Assembly (NCBI GenBank): GCA_037917675.1
Contig: JAVCBW010000025.1
Span: 32,001 to 96,000 of the forward strand
Source: Thermoproteota archaeon
GTDB lineage: Archaea; Korarchaeota; Korarchaeia; B14-G2
Length of the DNA: 64,000 bases
Direction of reading: 5' to 3'
Below the pieces are notes generated by a model. The model saw only the letters and a program-made list of their open reading frames with translations. It made no database searches and had not been told where the DNA came from. Below are positions 1 to 9,612 of this stretch, piece after piece; the stretch's first letter is position 1, and the number at the start of each line of letters is the position of its first letter. Both the position numbers and the translations under genes were made by a program.

Positions 1-382
1 TGATCTTCCTCTTGTTCAAGGCGATCCAGTACTCTACTTCAGCTCCAACAGCTATCTTGTCTCTTAGCTCAGGATCTTCTGGAAGCTCGGCTTCAAATGT
101 CTCGAAGGACTCTAGATCCATTAGCTGGACTTCAGACGGCCCTACATACGTTACTTGAGCCACTCTCTTGTCTATAATTGGGATCTCTACCCTAGCGTCT
201 ACAGGGAGTATAGCTTCTCTCCTCTTCTTATCGAATGCACCTATTGCCTGTATTCTGACTTTTGCTGCACCATGCTTTCCTGGCTTTGACTTGTCGACTG
301 AGATGATCTGGCAGGCCTCTCCATCTATAACTATATAGTGGCCTTTCTTAAGCTCTCCAGCTGTCTTGTATGTGGTACTCAA
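1..382 (-). CDS. eif5a: Translation factor aIF5A/eIF5A (3' end outside window)
   Basis: Manual translation from TTG at 382: MSTTYKTAGELKKGHYIVIDGEAC...SKPGKHGAAK (hypusine motif). Confidence 0.95.
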   Translation of the reverse strand, partial: MSTTYKTAGELKKGHYIVIDGEACQIISVDKSKPGKHGAAKVRIQAIGAFDKKRREAILPVDARVEIPIIDKRVAQVTYVGPSEVQLMDLESFETFEAELPEDPELRDKIAVGAEVEYWIALNKRKI

Positions 383-408
383 CTAGCACCCCTGTTTGCT
401 GAGGGCTT

Positions 409-855
409 TTACCTATAAGACTTTTGTACCCTCGCTCTAGCAGATCTTCCTCCAAACTTCTTTGGCTCAGTTTGCCTTGGGTCTCCAGCTATTATGGTGC
501 GGTCGTACTCTATGTATGCCTCTTTGAGCTCTTCTGATCTTGTCCACTCTACGAGAGCTCGCCCTATGGCCATTCGAGCTGCATCAGCTTGAGCCATGAA
601 GCCCCCTCCTTTAACTGCTACATGTATGTCAAGATTTCGAATAGAGTCCTCGCCTAAGACTAGTTCCGCTATCTTCAGCGGCTCTAGTATCTTTGCTCTA
701 ACGAACTCGTTTGGTGCAAACACATTTACTAGGAAGCCGTTTATTCTAAGCTCACCTCTGCCTGGCTTAATTACTGCAGCAGCTCTTGCAGTCTTCCTCT
801 TGGCTGAAGCAAACACATAAGGCCTCTTCTCGGCTTCAAAGCTCATGGATTCCAC
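409..855 (-). CDS. rps9: 30S ribosomal protein uS9
   Basis: KRKTARA, GGG..AQADA, EPKKFGG..ARARVQKSYR. Confidence 0.97.
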   Translation of the reverse strand: MESMSFEAEKRPYVFASAKRKTARAAAVIKPGRGELRINGFLVNVFAPNEFVRAKILEPLKIAELVLGEDSIRNLDIHVAVKGGGFMAQADAARMAIGRALVEWTRSEELKEAYIEYDRTIIAGDPRQTEPKKFGGRSARARVQKSYR

Positions 856-1295
856 CCAAGACGCCTAGCTACTTCCTCTACTGTAACATATTTCCCGCTT
901 AACCTCCTAGCACTGGACTTAGGAAGCTTGCTGCCATCAACCTTCTCAACATCTTCAAGGTGCTTTGGAGTACCTATGAAAACCTTCAGCTTCCTTAGTG
1001 CTTCTCTGCCCCTGTACTGATCTCTTGGAACCATGCCTCTTATGGCTCTCCAGACTATCCTATCAGGTCTTCGCGTTGCAAAGGAGCCTTTAAGAGGTGA
1101 AGCTCTGTCTTTCCTATGGAGCCTAGCCAGGTAATCCTCAAATGTAACATCTGATCTCCCAGATATCACCGCCTTCTCACAGTTTACAACCCACACCCTA
1201 TAGCCTTCTAGAAGCTTTTTTGCTACAAAGCTTGCCATCCTACCTAATATCAATCCTGATGCATCAACTACTATCACGTCTCTGTCTAGCTGCAT
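843..1295 (-). CDS. rpl13: 50S ribosomal protein uL13
   Basis: VVDASGLILGRMAS, VVNCEKAVISG, RAIRGMVP. Confidence 0.97.
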   Translation of the reverse strand: MQLDRDVIVVDASGLILGRMASFVAKKLLEGYRVWVVNCEKAVISGRSDVTFEDYLARLHRKDRASPLKGSFATRRPDRIVWRAIRGMVPRDQYRGREALRKLKVFIGTPKHLEDVEKVDGSKLPKSSARRLSGKYVTVEEVARRLGWNP

Positions 1296-1305
1296 GTCTT
1301 AGACC

Positions 1306-1641
1306 TCATATGATTAACTTGATGTTAGGGCCTCTTGGAGGCTCGTCTAGCTCCCACATGTATATATACTTGCATCCGGCTTCCTCCAGCTTTTTAAGGC
1401 TTCCCTTGGTAAAGGATACTGCAATCACTGTTATCTTGTGGTCTATTTTACCTCCACCTAAAACTACTCCAGGAACTACAGCTATGTCACCTTCCCTTGT
1501 CAAGTAGTTCAGTTTTTCAACATTTACTTCAACCATCTTTCTTCTAGGTCTCTTGACATATCGATAAACTACCTTCCAGAGCTTTGAGTAGTTTTTTAGC
1601 GTTCTGAGCTTCTTCTTGGCTAGATACCTATGGGATACCAT
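1306..1641 (-). CDS. rpl18e: 50S ribosomal protein eL18
   Basis: RPRRKMVEVNVEKL, VVPGVVLGGG; canonical position before uL13. Confidence 0.93.
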   Translation of the reverse strand: MVSHRYLAKKKLRTLKNYSKLWKVVYRYVKRPRRKMVEVNVEKLNYLTREGDIAVVPGVVLGGGKIDHKITVIAVSFTKGSLKKLEEAGCKYIYMWELDEPPRGPNIKLII

Positions 1642-1672
1642 TGTGACGCACCAGAAGTCTCTCCTATCAGAG

Positions 1673-1769
1673 TGCGGGGGGTGGGATTTGAACCCACGAA
1701 CCCCTAAGGGACAGGGTTCATGAGGAGCTCCTCATCCCTGCGCCGTTGACCAGGCTTGGCGACCCCCGC
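1673..1769 (-). tRNA. tRNA-Leu(GAG) with 12-nt intron at 37/38 (1718-1729)
   Basis: Cloverleaf with long variable arm; CAGGG-ATGAGG^AGCTCCTCATGA^A-CCCTG, central helix AUGA/UCAU. Confidence 0.92.
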
Positions 1770-1867
1770 ACCACTGAGTGTAGTGGGCGGGGAGTTAAAA
1801 ACTAATCGCCTAGTGTAGCTGGTAGGAGCCTGCCTTATGCTGGTGGAAAAAGTGCTAGATTGGGCTG

Positions 1868-2686
1868 TCATATGACTACAGCTTCTAGTATTCCCTTTGT
1901 ATACTTTTTGAGCTCTTCTAGCTTCTTCACTAGAGTGTCTAGAGCCCTCTCAACTATCTGCTTTGGAGGGATGGCGCCTACAGACTCCAGCTTGAATATG
2001 AAGCATGATGGGTCTCCTTTCACCTCTATCGCAGCCTTCGGGCACTTCCTCACGCAAGACTTGCATAGGGAGCATTCCTCCTGGCTTCTAGCTACTATTT
2101 TTCCATTTTCTTCTATTAACACGTGCTTCGGGCAGTATTTTATGCAGATGCCGCAGGAATCGCATTTCTCTAGATCTATTGTGATTATTGGCATGTACTT
2201 GTATGAGACTGTTGAGACTGGCTGCCACTTAGCATGGTCCTTTCCAGTCCCCAGGCGGGCTACAGCCTGCAGGTTGAGCCTCTCTCCTTTCATTAATGTT
2301 ACAATGGGTATCTTTTGGGAGACTGGCTGGACATCAGGTGCTGTTGATTTAAGTGAGCTTGAGTAGATAACCTTGTAATCTACATCACTTTTCTCATCTA
2401 GGTCCAGGACTACAGTACACTTAGGGCAGCCTCCTCCACCACACTCACATTCTGATGGCAGGTTTAGGGAGTTTATGTCTGCCTTTAGTGGTATGAGGCT
2501 AAGCCTATGAGCAATATACTCATCAAAGAAGGCAGTAGTATTCTCGAAGAAGATGACTTCATCTATAGCTAGTGTGGGGACTTCTGTGAGGATCGCCCTC
2601 CTGAGGGCGTTAGCTTTAGCAGGAGAGGCTTCCCTCAGAATAAACTTCATTTTGACCCCTTCAATCTCCATCTTCTCGATTCTCAT
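1868..2686 (-). CDS. rpoD: RNA polymerase subunit Rpo3 (D) with ferredoxin-like Fe-S insert
   Basis: ANALRRAILTEVP, AHRLSLIPL, GKDHAKWQP, two CxxCxxCxxxCP motifs. Confidence 0.97.
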   Translation of the reverse strand: MRIEKMEIEGVKMKFILREASPAKANALRRAILTEVPTLAIDEVIFFENTTAFFDEYIAHRLSLIPLKADINSLNLPSECECGGGGCPKCTVVLDLDEKSDVDYKVIYSSSLKSTAPDVQPVSQKIPIVTLMKGERLNLQAVARLGTGKDHAKWQPVSTVSYKYMPIITIDLEKCDSCGICIKYCPKHVLIEENGKIVARSQEECSLCKSCVRKCPKAAIEVKGDPSCFIFKLESVGAIPPKQIVERALDTLVKKLEELKKYTKGILEAVVI

Positions 2687-3632
2687 AGCTACCTCCTCTT
2701 CTCTTGCTGAGAAGAACCTCAGCCCATGGGTTGTCCTCGAAGACGTCAGATTGTGGAGGGGGCTCCTGACGAGATAGGTCTATGCCTGTAGAGACTTCCT
2801 TGTCAGCATGTTCTAGTGGCATCTTATGGGACAATGAGGCTTTTGACTGAGAGGCTTGTGTGCTGGATGCTAGCAGCGATCTCAGTTCTCTCTTTAGTGT
2901 GTCAAGCTCTCTTGAAAGGCTCTGGAGATCTTGCATCTGCCTACTGCTCCCAGCTTTCTCTAGGAGGAGAGGGAGGAGGATGGAGTAGTATTTGTTTCTC
3001 TCGCTTAGAACCTCGCGTACAACTTCTCTTATCGTGTCTGATAGAATGTTGATGCTGCGAATTAATGCTCCTAGTTGCTCTGCTGTGATCGTCAGCTTTT
3101 CTTCGCTAGGCTCTTTTGAGCATGGATGCCTATGTGGGTGCGTTGAGGAGCTTTCAGAAGAAAACTTCTTTAGGACTTCACTTCTCATGGCTGTCTGTGG
3201 TGGCTGATCAGCTGTGGTTTTATGCTGTATGTCGTGTCGCCTCTGAGAGGTCCTTAAGGCTATGGAGCTGATGTCTTCTACTGGAGATGTGGCATCAGGG
3301 ACTACTTCTACTATCTCCACCTTACCTGGATCATCTAGGATTGAGTTGAGCTCTCTCTCTAGGCTATCTAGGTCTGAGGAGACTATTTCAGGGACATACA
3401 CGATTATCTTGTCTGCTTCCTTCTCTATCTTCCGTATTTCGCTGACGAGCGACGTTAGAGGGCCTTGATCCACATCAAACTCTCTTACAGCGATGACGAG
3501 ATCTCTGATGCGTCTTCCCTCCCAGCTAGGTAAGCTGAGGTTTATTGGGTCATATTTCCTAAGTAGGCTTCTTCTTTCCTCTAGCTTCCTTAGAGTTATC
3601 CTTTGCCTCGTGACTCCACCTAGAGCAGCCAT
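2661..3632 (-). CDS. Hypothetical protein, arcadin-2-like C-terminal helix
   Basis: 323 aa; globular N-terminus, S/Q/P-rich linkers, short coiled coil, terminal DVFEDNPWAEVLLSKR; tightly coupled between rps11 and rpoD. Confidence 0.55.
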   Translation of the reverse strand: MAALGGVTRQRITLRKLEERRSLLRKYDPINLSLPSWEGRRIRDLVIAVREFDVDQGPLTSLVSEIRKIEKEADKIIVYVPEIVSSDLDSLERELNSILDDPGKVEIVEVVPDATSPVEDISSIALRTSQRRHDIQHKTTADQPPQTAMRSEVLKKFSSESSSTHPHRHPCSKEPSEEKLTITAEQLGALIRSINILSDTIREVVREVLSERNKYYSILLPLLLEKAGSSRQMQDLQSLSRELDTLKRELRSLLASSTQASQSKASLSHKMPLEHADKEVSTGIDLSRQEPPPQSDVFEDNPWAEVLLSKRRGGSYENREDGD

Positions 3633-3634
3633 GT

Positions 3635-4042
3635 TTACACTCTTCTCCCTCTTCTGCCTCCAGCTCTCCTAGTTCCATCATGTGGTATGGGCGTCACATC
3701 TTCTATCCTTCTTATCCTGAGGCCTGCTCTAGCAAGTGCTCTAACAGCACCCTGAGCACCTGGCCCAGGTATCCTGGAGCCGTTTCCGCCTGGAGCCCTT
3801 ATTTTTATGTCAATTACTGTGATGCCAGCTTGCTTTAGATCTCTTGCCACAGCATGTGCTGCCTTCAGGGCAGCATAAGCTGAGCCCTCTTCTCGATCTG
3901 CTTTGACGAACATGCCGCCAGAGTATCTGGCTATTGTTTCTCCACCAAGAGGATCCGTTGCATGAATTATCGTATCATTGAACGATGAATATATATGTAC
4001 TACAGCTACCTTCTCAGGCGTCTTACCTGACATCAGCATCAC
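3635..4042 (-). CDS. rps11: 30S ribosomal protein uS11
   Basis: [29 protein letters not shown]. Confidence 0.97.
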   Translation of the reverse strand: MMLMSGKTPEKVAVVHIYSSFNDTIIHATDPLGGETIARYSGGMFVKADREEGSAYAALKAAHAVARDLKQAGITVIDIKIRAPGGNGSRIPGPGAQGAVRALARAGLRIRRIEDVTPIPHDGTRRAGGRRGRRV

Positions 4043-4518
4043 CCTCCTCTGCTCCTGAGCTCAACCTTATCCTCTTCATCTACTGGCACAAGGTAGCTTG
4101 GTGTCTTAATAACTCTACCATTTACCGCTATGTGACGGTGGGTTATGAGCTGCCTAGCATGCCATATCGACTTTGCAAGGCCCTTCTTGTATACGACAGT
4201 CTGCAGCCTTCTATCGAGGACATTTGATACAGTTAACCCAAGTATGTCATCTAATGTCGACTCAGGCGGTAATACCCCCAGTTTTGTAAGCTTCGATAGT
4301 ATCTGGGACTGTAGAGGCTCTCGTTGGTCTTCTGGTAGAGCCTGGAGCTGCATCGCTATCCTGCGATACTTCCGGACTATAGCAGCAGCCCTCCATATCT
4401 CTCTCTTGTTTCTTAAACCATATTTTGCTACAAGCTCAAGCTCCTTTTCAAGGCGAGCTTTATCCCATGGGTGCTTTGGAGTTATGTACTTCTTTCTCTG
4501 CTTCCTCGGGTCACCCAA
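4039..4518 (-). CDS. rps4: 30S ribosomal protein uS4
   Basis: [36 protein letters not shown]. Confidence 0.97.
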   Translation of the reverse strand: MGDPRKQRKKYITPKHPWDKARLEKELELVAKYGLRNKREIWRAAAIVRKYRRIAMQLQALPEDQREPLQSQILSKLTKLGVLPPESTLDDILGLTVSNVLDRRLQTVVYKKGLAKSIWHARQLITHRHIAVNGRVIKTPSYLVPVDEEDKVELRSRGG

Positions 4519-4528
4519 CTACTACCAC

Positions 4529-4987
4529 CTACTTCTTCTTCTTACTATACCCTACAGTACGCCCTCTTCTTCCTGTTGTCCTTGTTCTCTGCCCTCTGAC
4601 TTTGAGGCCCAGCATGTGCCTTATTCCCCTCCAGCACCTCATCTTCTTCAAGCGGTCTATATCCATCTTTTCAACAAGCTTAACCCTAGAGCCTACTATG
4701 TGCTTGTCTTCTCCTGTTATAGGATCCCTTCTCCTATTATATAGCCAGGAGGGGATTCCATACTTATCTGGGCTTTTCAGCACATCCTCTATCTTCTTTA
4801 TGTCTTCGCTAGAGAGGAATCCAAGTGGTTTTAGGGGGTCTAGGCCGAGTATGCGTACTACTGCATTTGAAAAGCTGTAGCTTACCCCAGGTAGCTTTGT
4901 CAGAGCAAACAAGACAGCCTTATGGCCTTCTAGATCTGTATCGAACATCCTGACTATATGCTTGAGCTTCTCTCCTCCTTCAGCCAT
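4529..4987 (-). CDS. rps13: 30S ribosomal protein uS13
   Basis: IPSWLYNRRRD, RGIRH..GLKVRGQRTRTTGR. Confidence 0.97.
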   Translation of the reverse strand: MAEGGEKLKHIVRMFDTDLEGHKAVLFALTKLPGVSYSFSNAVVRILGLDPLKPLGFLSSEDIKKIEDVLKSPDKYGIPSWLYNRRRDPITGEDKHIVGSRVKLVEKMDIDRLKKMRCWRGIRHMLGLKVRGQRTRTTGRRGRTVGYSKKKK

Positions 4988-5006
4988 ATGCAGCCCTCAG
5001 CAGCTA

Positions 5007-5104
5007 CGCCGGGGGTGGGATTTGAACCCACGCGGCCACAAAGGCCACGGGCTATCTTCCACATGGCTCCAGGCCCGCCCCCTTCCTGGCTAGGGCACCC
5101 CGGC
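5007..5104 (-). tRNA. tRNA-Ser(GGA) with 13-nt intron, probably at 37/38
   Basis: Long variable arm, G73; CGGGC-CTGGAG^CCATGTGGAAGAT^A-GCCCG; central helix weak. Confidence 0.88.
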
Positions 5105-5114
5105 TCCTATAAGC

Positions 5115-6105
5115 TCACCACACTCTAGGGTATATATCCCTATCCATTAAGACTCTGATGGTCTTAGCTGCTCTACCATACTCTCTCTCTAGGAGCTCTT
5201 CTGCAGAGAGTAAGGTGATGGCTAGAGCTATAGCTTCCCCTTTCAATGTCATTACTACAACAAGGTCTCCCTTCTTGATACCTTTAGTCAGCTTACAGAT
5301 TCCAGGTATCCCAAGGTCTGCTCCATAGCATATTGCATTGACAGCTGTGTCCTTAACGTATAGCTTAGGTAGATGGGATAGAGCTTCTTCCATGGGCACT
5401 ATAGCTCTCCTTAGGTGAGAGGCATCACCTTCCTCCCTCCACTTCCTTATAGCATACTCTAGATAGTGGAGTGTTGTAAGCCCCTTCTCCTCAGCTAGTG
5501 GCCCCACTTGGATTCTCCTAAGCTCCACCATGTGTGCGCCAGCTCCCATAGCCTCTCCGATGTCATGTACTAGCTTCCTGATGTAGGTTCCTGCTTCACA
5601 TGTCACTCTAAGAAGGACGTATCTTCCCTCTTTCTCTAGGAGCTCTATTGCATATATCTTCCTGACTCTGAGCCTTCGCTTGACAGCAGACTTTAGAGGG
5701 GGCCTCTGGAAGATCTCTCCTGTGAACTGTTTCAGTGTACTAGCTAGAAGGCTGTCAGGCACGTCTCTGTGAAGCTTCATAAGGCACACGTAGGTCTTTG
5801 GTGTCGTCAGTAGAACCTTGCTTATCTTTGTAGCATGCCCTAGGACTACTGGGAGCAGGCCGCTGGCAGGAGGATCTCCCCTGCCCTCCCTAGAGGGCAG
5901 CTAGGGTCCCGCAGTGGCCTACCTTAGCCTTGAATCCGAGAATAGCCTTAATCCAGCTTACTACATCACCTGATGTTGGGCCCCTCGGCTTGTCTAGAGG
6001 GATGACACCAGTCTTGAGGAGGAGCTCAGGTGGCCGCTTATATGGAGGGACACCATAGCTTGGATCAGTCTCACATTCACATATTGTAACCAGTTCCTGA
6101 GCCAC
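5115..6105 (-). CDS. cbf5: H/ACA pseudouridine synthase Cbf5, two exons (6105-5901 and 5875-5115; 321 aa spliced)
   Basis: LDKPRGPTS..GHCGTL|D-PPASGLLPV restored by removing 25 nt; QRPPLKSAVKR, CEAGTYIR, C-terminal PUA domain. Confidence 0.95.
5876..5900 (-). other. 25-nt BHB intron inside the cbf5 catalytic Asp codon (G^AT)
   Basis: GGA-CCCU-AG^C-UGCCCUC(UAGG)GAGGGCA-GGGG-AG^A-UCC: complete hBHBh'. Confidence 0.95.
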
Positions 6106-6392
6106 TAAGACTTCACCTGCCTCTTAACTATGTCTTTCTCTGAGAGTATGTTTGCTTCAAGAAGTTTCTTGGCTACTTCCTCGTCGCTTGCATCCTCCTC
6201 TATGTCGAGTGCATAGGGGAGAGGCTCCAGGTGCTTTATGTTGCACTTTCTCCTCCTAACACCTGTAAGATTCGGTGGGCCTGTTATCAGCCTGTAGTTC
6301 TTGTCGATAACCCTCACTACCACGCATTTCCTTCCAGCTTCTCGGCCAGCTGTCTTAACACAGACCCTACCTACACCAAGCAGATATGCCAT
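6105..6392 (-). CDS. rpl14e: 50S ribosomal protein eL14
   Basis: VGRVCVKTAGREAGRKCVVV, TGVRRRKCNIKHLEP. Confidence 0.97.
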   Translation of the reverse strand: MAYLLGVGRVCVKTAGREAGRKCVVVRVIDKNYRLITGPPNLTGVRRRKCNIKHLEPLPYALDIEEDASDEEVAKKLLEANILSEKDIVKRQVKS

Positions 6393-6406
6393 GGTCCAGC
6401 ACCTCG

Positions 6407-6703
6407 CTAGCTCTGGGCTTCAAGTAGATGAAGACCTTCTGCTATAACCTCCCTCTTAATATTTTCTCTCAGGCACTTTGGGCAGAGGTATCCTCCATAG
6501 GGCCTGTTCGGCCTCCTCATGGACTTGGAGAGCTTCCTTATCTCGGCTTTAGGGCCTGTTGGGACAGCATTTAACCTTCCCTTGCAGATGGCGCACTTAG
6601 CATAGCTATGCCTCTTCTTCTTATAGTGTATCACAGTGCGGCCACCAGGTGTCCTTACAAATCGCCTCTTCAGGCTCCTAGACCTGTATCTTGGCGCAGG
6701 CAT
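6407..6703 (-). CDS. rpl34e: 50S ribosomal protein eL34
   Basis: [24 protein letters not shown]. Confidence 0.97.
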   Translation of the reverse strand: MPAPRYRSRSLKRRFVRTPGGRTVIHYKKKRHSYAKCAICKGRLNAVPTGPKAEIRKLSKSMRRPNRPYGGYLCPKCLRENIKREVIAEGLHLLEAQS

Positions 6704-6706
6704 CTG

Positions 6707-7240
6707 CTACACCTCAGGTTGCATGCCGAGTAGCTTATTCAGTATGACAGATGTGGTGAGAGAGAATAACATGTAGAAGCCGATATAGCCAAGCTCCCAT
6801 CCTGACATGACAGAGCCTCTATGAAAGAGGCCTTGAAGCGGAAGAGGGAATGGCAAAGCTACTATCGGTATCTCTAGGTACATGCCTCTGAGCACATAGA
6901 AGACTACGATCATGGGAATCATGAGAAGAGCCGTTGGCATAAGCTGCATCTTAAGAAGCTCCGACTTTATGGGTGCTATAACCCTCTCCCTGCGTTTTAC
7001 CTGGGCTTCAAGCTTCTTCTTTACCTTTGGATCCTTCTCTCTGAGCGCTTGGAGCCTTAGCTGGTCAAACTCCCTCACTTTGACCATGTACTCTCTAAGC
7101 TTCTCTTGGTCTACAAGCCTTCTGTTGACTAGAATCGTGGCAGCGTTTATCAGCAGAGATAAAGCTGCTAGGAACGCCATGGAGTATGGTGGTGTCCTTA
7201 GAAGCATCAGTAGATCACTCAGCTGCATAGGTGATGTCAC
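6707..7240 (-). CDS. DUF106 / EMC3-TMCO1 (Oxa1 superfamily) membrane protein
   Basis: TM-coiled coil-TM-TM layout, LPFPLP, conserved position after secY. Confidence 0.85.
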   Translation of the reverse strand: MTSPMQLSDLLMLLRTPPYSMAFLAALSLLINAATILVNRRLVDQEKLREYMVKVREFDQLRLQALREKDPKVKKKLEAQVKRRERVIAPIKSELLKMQLMPTALLMIPMIVVFYVLRGMYLEIPIVALPFPLPLQGLFHRGSVMSGWELGYIGFYMLFSLTTSVILNKLLGMQPEV

Positions 7241-8661
7241 CTCCCAAAGATCCTCCTTACCACAGGATACATTTCTTCTAGCCTCTCTCTCATTAAGATC
7301 TCATAGAACGAGTAGAGTATGGATACAGCCAGCAGGATGCCAGATCCAGTTCCCAGAGCTCCTAGCATATCTGCAAATGCTGAGAGGAGCGCTATAAAGA
7401 TGCCTCCAAGTATCGTCACAGCATTGATGTACCTCCTGAGCCTCTGTGCTATTATCTTGGGTGAAGCTCTGGATCCTGGGATTTGTAGCCCTGACTTCAC
7501 CAGTTGAGTAGCTACTGAGTCAGCATCCATGCCTGCTGTATAGACCCACATTACTGAGAAAGCTATACAAACTATGATCAGGAGAAGAGTGTATACTAGG
7601 GTCTTCACTGGATACGTGAACACTGAGGAGAGGCCTTGTGGAGGAGTTAAGTAGTATGCTAGCCCGCTGACTGGCACTATGTCACCATAGCGGGTATAGT
7701 TGTATACTCCAAATATCCTGACCACCGTTGAGGCAAGCTTAGAGCTACTGTACCCGAATTTCTCCCAGAGTATCCTGCTTACTAGGGATAATTCCGCAAA
7801 GAAGGCTGCACCGAATATTATAGGTATGTTTGAGACATATAATAGCTTAATGGGGTACTTACCCCGGTATCCTCCGTACCTAGTATATGCTAGGGGAACG
7901 TTTATGTATACGTTGAAAGCTACTATGACTATTGCGAATGCTATAAGTGTTGCTATGAAGCCAACCACATTTGGGGCATATGACCGGTTTACTGCTGCAG
8001 GGCCCTCTAGGATAAGAGCGGGAAATGCCCCTACAACAACCTCGCCAAGCTCAGGATACTTTACTTTAAGCGGAGAGAAAGACTTCCAAATCACTTCCTG
8101 TGCAACAGATGCAAGTATAAAGAGGCTTATACCACTGCCAATACCCCATCTAGAGCATAGCTCATCAAGCATCATCAAGAGGAAGCTACCAATGAAAAGC
8201 TGAAGGATTATGGCAGCTGCAATACCTCTTGAAATCTGGACGCCTATCCTGCCAAATCTGCCTGATAGCACATAGACTGTAGCTTCTACCAAGATCACTA
8301 TTATACCAAGGAGCTTTTGAGCTGCCTGGAATACTTTACGGTCTTCAGGATCACTGAGGTCAAGCTTGATCAATCTTCCCCCTACAAGGATCTCCATGAC
8401 TATGCCAGCTGTGACTATGGGGCCTATGCCAAGATCGATGAGAGAACCGGCGTTTCCAGCCAAGATGAACCTAAATGAGGCAAAGTAGTCTTTGGCTCGT
8501 TCTGAAGCTCCATATATAGGTATTTCCGCTAGGATGAAGTATGCTAGGAGCACTAGTGCTGTCCAGAAGAACTTGGATCTCAGGACTACCCTCTTCTTTG
8601 GTGGCTCCACCTCAGGGATGATCTTGACAGCAGATAAAACAAAGCTTCTAAGAGATGGCAT
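7237..8661 (-). CDS. secY: Preprotein translocase SecY
   Basis: LGIGPIVTAGIV, WGIGSGISLFI, YPIKLLYVSNIP, GTGSGILLAV. Confidence 0.98.
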   Translation of the reverse strand: MPSLRSFVLSAVKIIPEVEPPKKRVVLRSKFFWTALVLLAYFILAEIPIYGASERAKDYFASFRFILAGNAGSLIDLGIGPIVTAGIVMEILVGGRLIKLDLSDPEDRKVFQAAQKLLGIIVILVEATVYVLSGRFGRIGVQISRGIAAAIILQLFIGSFLLMMLDELCSRWGIGSGISLFILASVAQEVIWKSFSPLKVKYPELGEVVVGAFPALILEGPAAVNRSYAPNVVGFIATLIAFAIVIVAFNVYINVPLAYTRYGGYRGKYPIKLLYVSNIPIIFGAAFFAELSLVSRILWEKFGYSSSKLASTVVRIFGVYNYTRYGDIVPVSGLAYYLTPPQGLSSVFTYPVKTLVYTLLLIIVCIAFSVMWVYTAGMDADSVATQLVKSGLQIPGSRASPKIIAQRLRRYINAVTILGGIFIALLSAFADMLGALGTGSGILLAVSILYSFYEILMRERLEEMYPVVRRIFGR

Positions 8662-9118
8662 GTGGAGTGCTCACCACCTCTATAATGCCACCTGCTTCTT
8701 TAACCTTCTCAATAGCAGATTTAGATGCTGCAGCTGCTATGACGTGAAGAGGAGTGGAGATGCTACCTCTACCTAGGAGCTTCCCATAGCCTAACTCTAT
8801 CAGGTTTACTACAGGCAGGCCTTTTTCATCTCTTTCGGATGGCCTAGCCTTTTTCGCTAGCTCTTCAAGCTGATCTACATTCAGAATGGGCTTCTCAACC
8901 TCGGTTTTCTTGGTTGGTGGCTTAAATCCTCTTCTACCTGCACCGAAGTAGTCTGGTGCATGCTTGACTATCCAGGTCCACTTATGCTTCTTAAGGCCAG
9001 CTTTCCCGAATCCTCCTCTAGCTCCGCTCCCTCTATGCTGGCCCTGTATCCCATATCCGTGGGTTCTAGAGCCTCTTAGCTTCCTGGACTTCTTCCTAGG
9101 TCTTTTCCATGGCATCAT
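8648..9118 (-). CDS. rpl15: 50S ribosomal protein uL15
   Basis: RGSRTHGYG..GQHRGSGARGG, KLLGRG, SKSAIEKV..AGG. Confidence 0.96.
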   Translation of the reverse strand: MMPWKRPRKKSRKLRGSRTHGYGIQGQHRGSGARGGFGKAGLKKHKWTWIVKHAPDYFGAGRRGFKPPTKKTEVEKPILNVDQLEELAKKARPSERDEKGLPVVNLIELGYGKLLGRGSISTPLHVIAAAASKSAIEKVKEAGGIIEVVSTPHAIS

Positions 9119-9609
9119 AGCATCCTCCTGATCAGCTTGTTTATAGCCTCACCTCTATACCCGAGCTCTCCCTTATCTGTTACATGTCTTTTTGTTGTCT
9201 TCTTAAATCCTCCTCTAGGCGGATGGAGCCTGAAGACTGGCTTGATGAACTTTAGCCTTCTGATGTCAGCTTTCCCTGAGTATATTGCATCTGCGAGCTC
9301 CTCTATAGTGCTGAACTCCGACTTCTTTCTCAAGTATTCGTCTGTTATCCTTACGTTTCCGGGGCCTCTCCCTCTCTTCGCGATGAGATCTCTTAATGTG
9401 TCTTTAGATATCTCTCCATAGGTCACGTAGTCCTTAACTTTATGGAGCATCCCTTTGATAGATGGGGATTCTCTGACCAATATCATGTGGAACTTTCTTG
9501 TAAGCCTGAGGAGCCTTAGAGTATGCCTTATATCTGGGTGGACCCCTACAGTCCCTCTTATTCTTATTACAGCAAGCAGCTTACCTAGCTGGTCGCCCAT
9601 CTCACACAC
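9115..9609 (-). CDS. rpl30: 50S ribosomal protein uL30
   Basis: AVIRIRG, GMLHKVKDYVTYGE, FRLHPPRGG. Confidence 0.96.
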   Translation of the reverse strand: MCEMGDQLGKLLAVIRIRGTVGVHPDIRHTLRLLRLTRKFHMILVRESPSIKGMLHKVKDYVTYGEISKDTLRDLIAKRGRGPGNVRITDEYLRKKSEFSTIEELADAIYSGKADIRRLKFIKPVFRLHPPRGGFKKTTKRHVTDKGELGYRGEAINKLIRRML

Positions 9610-9612
9610 CAG

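Noticed and set aside
5890-6105. cbf5 as a split gene or pseudogene
   Set aside because: A complete BHB intron explains the break and restores the catalytic Asp.
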